From: Selaginella moellendorffii
Taxonomy: Eukaryota; Plantae; Lycopodiophyta
Assembly: GCF_000143415.4 (NCBI RefSeq)
Contig: NW_003314298.1
Location: 62,001-126,000, forward strand
Reading direction: 5' to 3'
Length of the DNA: 64,000 nt
The position numbers were made by a program, and so were the translations under genes. Positions within the stretch are counted from its first letter, which is position 1. The number at the start of each line of letters is the position of its first letter. The notes beneath the pieces were generated by a model. That model did not search any database and was not told where the DNA came from. It saw nothing but the letters and a program-made list of their open reading frames with translations. This document shows positions 24,045-35,192 of this stretch, one piece after another.

Positions 24045-25763
24045 CATAAGCCGTGCTATCCTTTTTTCAATCGTTTTGGCTCTCGTGGTTAGCTTGTCCT
24101 TGGAAGCTTTTGCGCAAGCTGAGAAAGAAAATGGCTGTGGAGATGACTTTTAAGTTGTTTCTCAGCTCTTTCTCATATCCAGTACTGAATTCACAGCATC
24201 AGCAAGGGAGAGGAGAACGCTGGAAATGCTCCTCAAGACTTGTATCTGGCAGAGATCTATTGAAGAGAATTGTGGTTCTAAGAGTGCCCGAAAAAATAGG
24301 CTAAGTGGGATTAATTAGTGAGATAGTAATAATTATAGGGTTAAAGGCATGTTTTAATCCACGTGGCACTAAAGCAAGTCGTCTTGGGTTTAGGGTTTAG
24401 GGCACCCAAAATATTCCTTTGCGATCTGGGCGCTTAAGACATGAATGAAGATTTTTAGGAAATTTGGCTAGGAGAGGATGGCAACAGAAAGGGTTAAGCC
24501 CTCCTTTTCCTAAAGCATTTAAAAGTGTTTAACAACATTTAATAATGTTTAAAGAGTGTTTTTTAGATGGAGTGGTAATATAATGGCTTTGAGCTGTGTG
24601 TGAGCATTCCATGGCCAGCTAATGGCAACATAGTGGCCTTGGGACTGTGATTTTGAATCTTAGAGTGTTCTTGAGGAGTCAAATGTTCAGAGTGTTCTCG
24701 AGAAAATTGAGAGAGTTTGAGGGAAAATTTGGAGCAAAAGAGAGTGCCTCATGGCCTGCTAGTGGCAATGCAATGGCCCTAAGCAAATGTGAGTAATAAA
24801 AGAGTGTTTTTAGTCTCTTTCCTACAAGAATGTATAATAATGGGGGAATTGGGGGTAATAGTTTAGAGCCCCCATCCTGCTAGTTCTAGGGTGGCTTGTG
24901 GCCCCCTCCCCTCTAAATGCATTGCATCATCCTCTCTCACAGAGGATTCCTCAGCCTCTCTTGCATCTTCTGGCTTGTGGTTTTATGCAGCACAATAAGG
25001 AATTAGGGCTTTCGGCTCAACTAGTTGGTCTTTCTAGCCAATGAGTGAATTGGGTAGCTTTGGATCTACCTAGCCTCCCTTACTGTAGCCACTTCTGCAT
25101 TTCTTGGAGGGACTTGCCCAAATGAGCCACATTAGATTTGGGATATTGTGTGGACACATGGGTGAATGGGTGAGTTCAATTATTCAACACACCTTAGTTA
25201 TTAGAGGAGATGAGTTGACATCTTGCAGAAGGGGAGGAGTTTAGTAGGAGCTCTTTAGAAAAAAGGATAAAGTGGAAGCAGCCTAGATAGGCCTTTGGGA
25301 TTTCAGCAAGAGGGTTGATGGAGAATAGAGACTACAAATCACAAAGAAATCATAAAAATCCTTATATATACCTTAGAAGTAGAGGGATACAAGGAGCTAA
25401 AGGTAGTAATGAATAAGTGAGAAGTTGAGAGAAGATCTCAAGTGGTCAAAGTAGTTGTAGGAAAAGGGAAATAATTTCCCTTCTCAAGATGCAGAGTAAA
25501 AAGGAATTTATGGGTTTAACAAAAGAGAATAGCTGGAGGACACTAAAATGGCTAATAGAGAATTTATATGGAGAATGCTGCAAGGATAAAAGTTGCAACA
25601 TTTTAGCTAAAAGAAGTTGTAAAAGCTGATATAGAAATAATTGACTTCCAACACAAAAGATTCTATAACTATTAAATGAAGTTGATGATATTGCATATAT
25701 ATTCATTTTTACACTTATACCAACTTTCTAGACTATGGAATTTACAAATTGAGTATGATTTTG

Positions 25764-26907
25764 TGTAAACCACAAATTTTTCCTTTCCAATTTGCCAGCT
25801 TACCTCGTTTATCCGTCCAACACTGCCTTGACTTTTGCTAAGTTCCCTTGCCAAGGTTCCCACCTATGGTACCAGCTTCTATTTGGTCCTACTTAGTTTC
25901 AACTACTCACTACATGAGCAACAGAGTGTTAGCCATCCATTCACAATTTTCCAAATTTCTCCCAATTCCCCTCCCCGGGTTAGATTGGACTTAAGGATCG
26001 GCTACACTCCCCACAAGCACAAGCAGCCAAACACACCAAACCTCTAGGTTCCTAACTCCCTTTGGTACCACAAGACTTGATCATGGGACCCTCTAAATCC
26101 CAAGTCTTGGGTGCAACATTTGCTTCAGGACACCAGGGCGAAACACCGTGGCCTAATGGCCCAGTATGGGCACCTCTACCCCCCCCCACACTTTCATCCC
26201 GAAGGAAGGCCCAAGCCCCTAGGAAGGGCGAGGACCAATGAGCCACATGGTACTTAAGTGGGGCACCACTCCACATGAGCCGGGAGCACTGCAGTCGGTT
26301 TCAGGAGTGGGAGTTACTCTTGAGCACTTCTTGGGGTGGCCCCTCTGGCACCACCCAAGTCCCTGCTCACTCCCACCCAAGGCCCCTCGGCCCCAGTTTC
26401 AACCTCAAGTCAGTTTGGAAGCACTACTGGAGAGTTCCTTCAAGACTGGTTCTTGGACCTCACTATCCCTACTATACTTTTGGAACCCCCTACAGCCCCC
26501 CCCCCCTTGGGAGATGCACGCTTTGGGCTTTCACCCCTTGACCTGTATTAGTACTCGAACTCGGTCTTGGACTCGATCTCGGACTCGATCTCGGACCCGA
26601 CTTCGGATTCGGTCTCGGACTCGATTTCGGACTCGATCTCAGACTCGATCTCGCACTCGACTTCGGACTCGACCTTGGACTCGGTCTTGGACCCAATCTG
26701 GATCTCGGACTCTGCTTCGAACTCGGTCTTGAACTCGGTCTCCGATTCGCCCTCGAACTCGATCCTGGACTCTATCTCAAACTCGGTCTTAGAGTCAGTC
26801 TTGGACTCGATCTTTGACTCGGTCTCATCCGATGAACTCTTTGTCATTTTGGTCATGCTTTCAGGGATCCTTTACCTTACGACACCTTGGCGAGTTGGTT
26901 CCTTACA
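25764..26907 (-). repeat. 3' LTR of element A (contains a GGACTCGATCTC-type tandem array)
   Basis: Matches 52020-52120 plus 60145-61251 and is adjacent to the PPT. Confidence 0.9.
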
Positions 26908-27309
26908 ACTCCACCACCCATAGAAGAAGTTCGATGCCCACATCGAACATCTTTTTTTATCCTACTACTTGTTGACCATGTCTCCGGGGGCATTCCCCCA
27001 CTTAGCGGTGTGCTTAAGTTAGCCTCCTCGGCCAAGAGCCCATGACAATGGAATATAGGTGTCTCTATACTCCTCACCTCAGCACACCCTAGTATGGGGT
27101 CGGGACTTGAACCCAGCCTTGCTTTACTAAGGGGTTGGGACTCGAACCCAACCTCTGTAGAATACGTCTACGGATTCGACATCCCCGCAGGGAGTTGGGC
27201 ATAGTTTCCCTATGTCTAGTCAACCTAGCTAACCCATGCTAATTAGCTTACCTTTGCTGTGCCTTCGGGTCCCAACATATGCCATTGCTCAACTTCACAA
27301 ATTGATTCT

Positions 27310-29955
27310 TTAATTGAACTTTGCATAAGTACATAGAGTTCTGCCTTGCAGAAATTCCTCCACTAGATCTTGCGCATTCGCTAGGTTCTCTTCTGGTTCC
27401 CATGTTGCTTCGCAGTGTGAAAATCCTTTCCACTTCACATGGAACTCTCTCACCTCGCGTCCTTGTCGCTTGCTCTTGCGCGCATTGAGGATGGCCTCGA
27501 CTTCGTATTCCTCTTCCCCTTGGATAACCTCAGGTAAAGGTCTTATTTGGTCCTTGCGAAGCGGATCCTCAAAGTATAGCTTGAGTAAGTTCACGTGGAC
27601 ACATTGGGTGCATCTTCACAATCTCTCAAGGAAGTTGGAGACGGTAAGCCACTTTACCGATTCGTGCCTCAATCTCGTAAGGCCTTGCGAACCTGCTTAA
27701 GGAACTCAAGATTAATTCATTTACAGGAATACATGCATTTTTACCTTTGGGTCAACTTCCGGCTGATCCCTTTTGGTAGCCTGAGGTTTTTGGTGTTCAA
27801 CCACACCTTCTCCCCAGCTTGGAACTCTACATCCCGGCACTTTTGGTTCGCATACTTGGTTTGCCTTTGTTGAGCTCGTTCTAAGGAATCTCTCACTAGA
27901 TTCTAAATGTTGAGTCTTTCCGCCGTGAATGCCTCCACTGCAGGTAACTCTCCATGATACTCGGCCACGCTGAGTTCCACAGGACGTTCAATAGCTCGCC
28001 CATTGATGACTTCCCATGGACTCACCCCAATGCTCGAATGTGGTGAGTTATTATAACATATTTCCACAAGTCCCAAATGACTTACTCCCAATCGGTCTGG
28101 TCTCCCGAGACATAGCATCGCAAATAATCCTCTAGCTGCCTATTCACCCTTTCCGTTTGTCCGTCTGTCAAGAAGTGTTAGTGCCATCAAACTTGACTTA
28201 ATACCCAATACCTGTCTGTGGGTGATAAGCTGTGTTGAATTTAAACTTGGTGCGATACTGTTCCAGGAGAGTTCTCCAGAACCTACTGGTGAAGATCTTA
28301 TCTTGATCTAAGATAATCTCTTTTGGCCTTCCCCACACTCGAACCACTTGTTCGAAAAATAGCTTCGCCACACCTTCCGCATCCACTTCCGTTGTGGTGG
28401 GTATGAAATGTGCCATCTTCGAAAATTAGTCCACCACCACGAATATCGCATCAAACCCCTTGCTTGGGGGGAGTCCCGTGATGAAGTCCATCGTAAGACA
28501 TTTCCATGGACAATCTGGAATTGGGATGCTTTGCAATAAGCCCCCACTAGCCTTAGTCATGGCTTTGACCTACTGACATGTTGGGCATGTCTTTACATAG
28601 TCTTGGACATCCTTAGCCATATCTGGCCAGTGGTACTTCCTCTTGAGTAAGCCCATCATCTTGGGCACTTTGCCGTGTCTCGCAAGAGGTCCGTCATGAC
28701 ACTCTTCTAAGGCTACTTTCCTTAGTTCCCCTTCTGGAATATACACCCTCGTTTGTTTGTAATATATGAGTCCGTTGCGTTCCGCATAGCCCGTTTTCTC
28801 TTCCGTTGGCAGCTCACCTCTCCGGTGAGCTTCCCGTGCCTCTAGATTCCTTAGCAACACTTCTTGTGCTAAACCATCATTTTCGTATGCTATTCGCACA
28901 TCATCCCAAAAGGTTGCTGTCGCACTGGATATCGCCAACTTCAAGAGTGCTTTTCGACTTAGCGCATCTGCCACGATGTTGCTCTTCCCAAGCTTGTACA
29001 GAATCTCGCAATCAAACTCGGCCAAAGCATTGGCCCACCCACCTTGTTTTTCCCTCAGGTCGGGCTATGACAACAAGTGTTTCATTGCTACATTGTCCAT
29101 GTAAACTTTGAAGTGTCTTGCAAGGTGGTGTCGCCACTCCTTGAGCGCCTTGACCACCGCAAACAATTCCTTCTCATGGGCAGGCCACTTCCGTTGAGCC
29201 TTGTCCAACTTCTTCGAGAAGAATGCTACTGGATGGTTATCTTGCTTCAAAACTGCACCCAACGCAAAGTCTGAAGCATCTGTTTCTACCTCAAAGTCCT
29301 TACTAAAGTCTGGTAACACCAACACAGGAGCCTTCCTCAACTTTCCCTTGAGGTGGACGAATGTCGCCTCGCATTCTACTGTCCATACCATCTTCCCTTT
29401 TCCTATTTTGTCCGTTAAGGGCAGGGCTACTCTCGAATAGTGTTTGATAAACTTTCAATAGTAGTTGCATAGCCCCAAGAATGCCCTTAACTCGTATACA
29501 TTCGATGGTCGCTCCCAATCTTGGATCGCTTGGACCTTCTCAGGGTCCACCTTGAGCCCGTCCTTGCCCACCACATGCCCTAGAAACTTTACCTCTTGTT
29601 GAGCAACGTCACATTTACTCTCTTTAGCATACAGCTGGTGTTCCTTTAGTTTCTCAAACACCTTCGTCAAGTATTTGGCATGTTCCTCTAGTGTTTCGCT
29701 ATAGATCAAGATGTCATCAATATAGATGACCACAAAGTGATCCAGATAAGGTACAAAGATATGGTTCATCAATGCCGAAAATGTTGCCGGCGCATTGCAT
29801 AGCCCGAAGGGCATCACCAGAAACTCGAAGCTTCCATACCTCGTTCGACAAGTTGTCTTCTCGACATCTTCCTCTGCTACCCTGATCTGGTAGTATCTTG
29901 ACCTTAGGTCAATCCTCGAGAAGTATTTTGCCTTTCCCAACCTATCGAATAGGTC
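27310..29955 (-). pseudogene. Element A pol, 3' part: RT, RNase H, integrase, chromodomain (stops and frameshifts)
   Basis: FSRIDLRSRYYQ, VMPFGLCNAPATF, VIYIDDILIYS, ETDASDFALGAVL, CHDGPLARHG...CPTCQ, TAYHPQT, EEYEVEAIL...VKWKGF...TWEPEENL. Confidence 0.92.
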
Positions 29956-32900
29956 TGTGAGACACAAATCCTTAAGCCCCAAAGTGGAGTCCGAGGTGGA
30001 CTCAAGAAGGAGTCCGAGATGGACCAAGATGGAGTCCGAGATGGAGTCCGAGAAGGACCCGAGATGGAGTACGAGATGGACCCGAGATGGAGTCCGAGAT
30101 GGACTCCGAGGTGGACCCAAGATGGAGTCCGAGATGGACTGAGATGGAGTCTGAGAAGGACCCAAGATGGAGTCCAAGATGGACCCAAGATGGAGTCCGA
30201 GATGGACCCGAAATGGAGTCCAAGATGGACCGAGATGGAGTCTGAGATGGACCGAGACGGAGTCCGAGATTGAGTCCAAGATGGAATCGAGATGGAATCC
30301 GAGATGGAGTCCGAGAAGGACCTGAGATGGAGTCCAAGATGGACCCAAGATGGAGTCCGAGATGGAGTCCGAGATGGACCCGAGATGGAGTCCAAGATGG
30401 ACTGAGACGGAGTCCAAGATGGACCGAGACGGAGTCCGAGATTGAGTCCGAGATGGAATCGAGATGGAATCCGAGATGGAGTCCAAGGTCAAGACCGAGA
30501 CCGAGATCGGGACCGAGACCGAGACCGAGACCAGGACCGAGACCCGGACCGAGACCGAGACCGAGCCTAAGACCGAGCCCGAGCCTGAGCCGAGTCCGAG
30601 TCCGAGTCCGAGTCCGAGTTCGAGTCTGAGAGGGTGAAAGCCCAAAGTGTTCGTCTCCTAGACCCTGGGGGGTTTGGTGAGCTCCAAAAGTATAGTAAGG
30701 GGGAGGATTGCAGTGGAGCCAGTTTGGCCCAGGAAGGCTGTACCTAGTGTTGGGTTATGAGCTGCCCACTAGGAAGTCCAAGACTAGAGTGAACACGGAC
30801 TGACAAGCGGGGTAGCTTGGTGAAGTGTTCAAGAGTCGGCTCTAGTTCCCCCGGGAGATCGATTAGCCGATGCTCCCAGTCCAAGTGTGGGTGGCACTAC
30901 CTACTTGGATACCAGGTGTGGCTCAACGGAACCTCGCTCTAAGCTCATGGCTAGAGCACCCAAGGGCGGAAGGCAAGGAGAGTACCCAGGTGGCTCGCAT
31001 AAGGCCATAGTGTTCCGAAATTTTGCCCCAAAGTCCCAGACTGTGGAAAGGAAGAGGAACAAACCTTTAGCACAGTGACTAAGGACATATTCACATGGTG
31101 AGGAAGTCCCAGAGGACATTGGGACTTAGTGGTCGGGCCTGTGGGCCTTGACCCAGTGGCAGTGTTGGTGAACACGACCATGAGTAGGACGAGTCTTGGT
31201 TGGGACTGAAGGAGGAATATTGGGGAAGGTTGTTCTCCTTGTCGGTGGGCATTTGAAGGATGTTAAGGAGTGGATCTGTGATGACCACTCATGGATGGTT
31301 GGCCTAGTCTTGGAGAGGTAGGACTATGATGCAACTGGTATTGGACCACTAGTGTGGCAAAGGTGATTGGGCATGGCCTTAGTGTAACAGGCTGTTATGT
31401 CGGTGGTACCTTTGAGTGTCGGTCATAGGATCGGACACGTGGAGCACTTGGACCAAGTGCAAAGGTGGAGTGGCGGGGATGTCATTCTTAGGGTTAGCAA
31501 GCCCAAGTCCGAAATAGAACTTATGGAGGTTGTGAGTGAGACTCCTCCAAGTGGCCGAAAGTGGGGTTAAGTGGCTAAAGTAGAATGGAAAATTTAGTGG
31601 CTTACAACTTGGTATTGGAGCTGTTCCTTAGTCCAACTTTTATTGGTGCTCAAGTATATCACCATTGATATTGGCATCGGAAGGTCTTAGGAGTGGGCAT
31701 ATTCTTGAGGAGTAGCATGTCGAAAGGACATAACTCTCCATTCAAGTTCATGCGTGAACTTGGGTGCAATGTGCTGGATAGAAAAGGGCCAGTAAGGGAA
31801 CGACTTTGGGATCTTGGGAACAGTATAAGGGTTTCCTTAGAGGGTTGAGGATGTGATCCAAATGAGCGTTTGACTTAGCAAACTGGCTGATGTAGTTGTG
31901 GTAAACAACTACAATTGGGATCACAGGAAAGATGCGGACTATAGAACAATAAAGGAGTCACAAGATTACCGTTATATAGTTGAGGCTGGTACTCATAAAT
32001 TTGAGACCAGAATTGGTGACTGTGGGAGGCCAAATACAGAAGAGGACACTAGTCCTTGAAATGGTAGCCGAGGCTACCTTTAATAAATGCTAGAATAACC
32101 CAAGGAGTTGGGGGTGTACTTAAAGATAAGCTGTTATTCTCATCACATGGACAGGTAGTCCTAAGGGAAAAAGATTAGCCCCAAGAAAATCATCAAGTGT
32201 CAGAGTAATACTTGCAAAGATTGTCCTTGTGAGTATAAATACAAGAAGTTGTGTTCCAACGAGTTGGCACCTCAAAGACTAAGACCTCGCAGGTTGTTGG
32301 ATTAGCAAAGTCCAAAATGCTGGATGACTCAAGTGGAGTCAGAAAATGGTCCTAAAAGATTGGTTGAAGCATGTGGACTAGGGTGTATGGTGTCCCATGA
32401 GGTATGGGGAGGATCATAAGATCCAAGTATGAGAACAGTAGGTATTTCATTGATGGCAGAATGTGTCATACTAAAGTTGTGGGAAAAATGTTCCCAGAAG
32501 AAAGCAACTTTGGCCCAGAGTTGGGTGTAAACACTATGGTGCAATGCTAACGGATAGTTAGCATGAGGAACAACTATATTGGTGTTGGCAAAGACATAGA
32601 CGCTAATAAGTAGTGTCATAAAGATAGGCTCGTGGGGCCAATGGTGTGGAGACACCAAATATGCTAAAGTGTGATACCTTGAGGTTATATTGGTGAGTTC
32701 ATAAAAACCCATTGCCAAAGGGAATCCCATAGCCTAAGCTGGAAGGCATGTGGTAGAGTGTGGTGACGAAAACAATGATAGAAGTGTGGAAGCACTAGCA
32801 ATGAGTTATAGAACTTAACAACTATGAGGCAACTAAGCAAAAGATACAAAATAATTTGTTAAACTGGTAGAAGGTAACTACCCAAGACTTTTTAATGGCA

Positions 32901-34233
32901 TGAGGAAATTAGATATACCCTTATAAGGGATAAATTGCTTATGTTGCGATATAGTAAGTCAATGTTGAAAAGGGGAATGCTCATTGTCAAAGAGGCCATC
33001 ATTGGGACACCCAAACACTCTATAACACCCGGAGGTGGTGTTTGATGTCGCGAGGGCAATAGATAAAGCCCAAGGGACTAAGTCCCTAGCGAATGATGGA
33101 TAAAAGGTGCTATCCAAATATCCAAGGTTGCAAAGACGGAAGAAGTCCGTCTATCCGAATCGGATAGAGCCAAAAATGAGATTTTGGCAAGGTTAGTGAT
33201 GGGCGTATAAAGGCCCATATGTAACAACATTAATCCTGGTGTGTGGGATTATAAGGTGAGCATACCCAGATTGAAGAACCACTCCCTAGGCTATCGGGTA
33301 GGTTCATCCCTAAGAATACTTGCTAAGGCATGGTAGAAGGTGCAAAGCTATCCTCCTAGTTTGGAGGCGAATAACCAAAGGAAATGTGTGAGGCCAAAAG
33401 CAAGTAGTAAGGGGATAAAACCAAACCATAGGAATCAAAGAGCATAACTAAGGGTAGTTATGTCAGTTAGGAGTGGAGAATCAAGTGGGCACTCGAGTAT
33501 GTTGTTACTAGCAACTGTGGTGCCATAAAGAGTCTAAAGCATGAAATTGTCCATGCTAGACCATATGGCAATTGGAAAGCTTGCGAAAGGAAAGGCTTTA
33601 GCAAGCTAAGGAACAGAGTTCCTTAAAGGTTCCCGAAGACAATTCTAGGTAGATAAGTACCTAGAAAGCCAAAGTGTAAATGGTTCCTAGAGCATGCAAA
33701 ATCAGAGTGGCGCAGCAAAAGCGTGGTCTTGAAGCTAGCTATGAGGCGAGGCTATCAAGATTGGGGAAGTAGTTCCCGAGTGTTCAAAGAGAGGGCTTTG
33801 AACAAAAGTTGATAGTTAAGGACTTTCACGCTTATGCATGAACCATGTTACAATGGCCGGATGACTTGCTAAGCGAGGTTGGCAAGTCAAGGGAACAAAT
33901 CCCCTAGTTGAAGGTGCTAACTTCAAAAGGGGTGGCCCACGGGGCCGAGCATGGAGGAGTCCATGCATGATCACAGACTTGTCAAGTGAGAGGACTTGGC
34001 AATGCGGAGGAACTAGGTTCCTAAGCTGTGATCTATAGCGTGCTTTAAGTATAAGTTGGTGCACCAGCATGGGGAGTCACACCAGGCATCTAGGGTGATG
34101 CCGTTCGTAGATGCATATACGGAGATTGGGTTCGAGTCCCAACCCTCTAGTGCTTGGGTTTGAGTCCCAAATCACTAGGGCGTGGTGATGGTTTGGAATA
34201 TGAGGACACTCATATTTCGGTGGTCATGGACTC

Positions 34234-35192
34234 TGTTATGATCCGGCGCAAAAAGACAAAGATTTAGTCGCCCTAGACTATGCTACGCCACCTCTTGAGG
34301 TTCCTCACCACCCAACCACCCCCGAGCTACCTCAAAAGCTCCATTGCGCCGCCGCTCCACCGTGAGCCCTAGGGTAGGTTAAGTCCCCTGCCCTAACATG
34401 CCTTAATATACCCTTGAGCCTCCCTTTGACTGACGTTGACCACGTAGTCAAAGCTGGCGCCAAACAATTCTTCCCCCCCAACAAAGTCCTTGTCCCAAGG
34501 ACGAGTTGTATTGGTGATCACCCTTTATGGGGAATCTTGCTCAAGCTCCTGGTCCATCTTCCACAGCCGTGTACATCAAGGAGGCATTGGGCCCGTCACT
34601 CCGAGATAGTACACTTTTCAACTGGCTGACATAAAATACCAGATGAATTTTCACCCCAGCTGGCAGCCGCACCCAATAAGCCGCTTTACCAATGTGCTCC
34701 ATGTTAGGCGCCAGCTTTGACTACGTGGTCAACGTCGGTCAAAGGGAGGCTCAAGGGTATATTAAGGCATGTTAGGGTAAGGGACTTAACCTACCCTAGG
34801 GCTCACAGTGGAGCGGCGGCGCAGTGGAGCTTTTGAGGTAGCTCGGGGGTGGTTGGGTGGTGAGGAACCTCAAGAGGTGGCGTAGCATAGTCTAGGGCAA
34901 CTAGATCTTTGTCTTTTTGCGCCGGATCATAACATTGGTATCAGAGGATTGGTTGCGATGGCCGACCAAGCTGAACGCTGGAATCCTATCATCGATGGTG
35001 GTGCCGACGATGGTGCCGACGAAGCTGCGGAGATTTGGACCATTCAAGATGTGGTTCATGAGCTGCAAGCCCTTAATAAAAATCAGCAAGAGATGCAAGA
35101 CGAGATGCATGGCATGATGGATACCATGCGTGGGCGTGTTGAGGCACTCGAGGCTGGACGGGGTAGCGCTCCAAGTAAGCCTTCTTTGGTAG
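34234..35192 (+). mobile_element. 5' fragment of LTR element D: 701-bp fold-back LTR (34234-34934), PBS and start of a gag-like ORF
   Basis: TG...CA unit with 233-bp terminal inverted arms, followed by tggtatcagag (34936-34946) and ORF MADQAERWNP...RVEALEAG, which is cut at 35192 by the next insertion. Confidence 0.75.

Noticed and set aside
29980-30630. CRISPR-like repeat array
   Set aside because: No unique spacers and no cas genes; it is a eukaryotic LTR tandem repeat.
29455-30645. 396-aa ORF fusing repeats to reverse transcriptase
   Set aside because: Chance read-through from the inserted LTR into element A's split RT, with a TTG start.
34126-34170. tRNA gene
   Set aside because: Only T-arm-like hairpins are present; no full cloverleaf or A-box could be identified.
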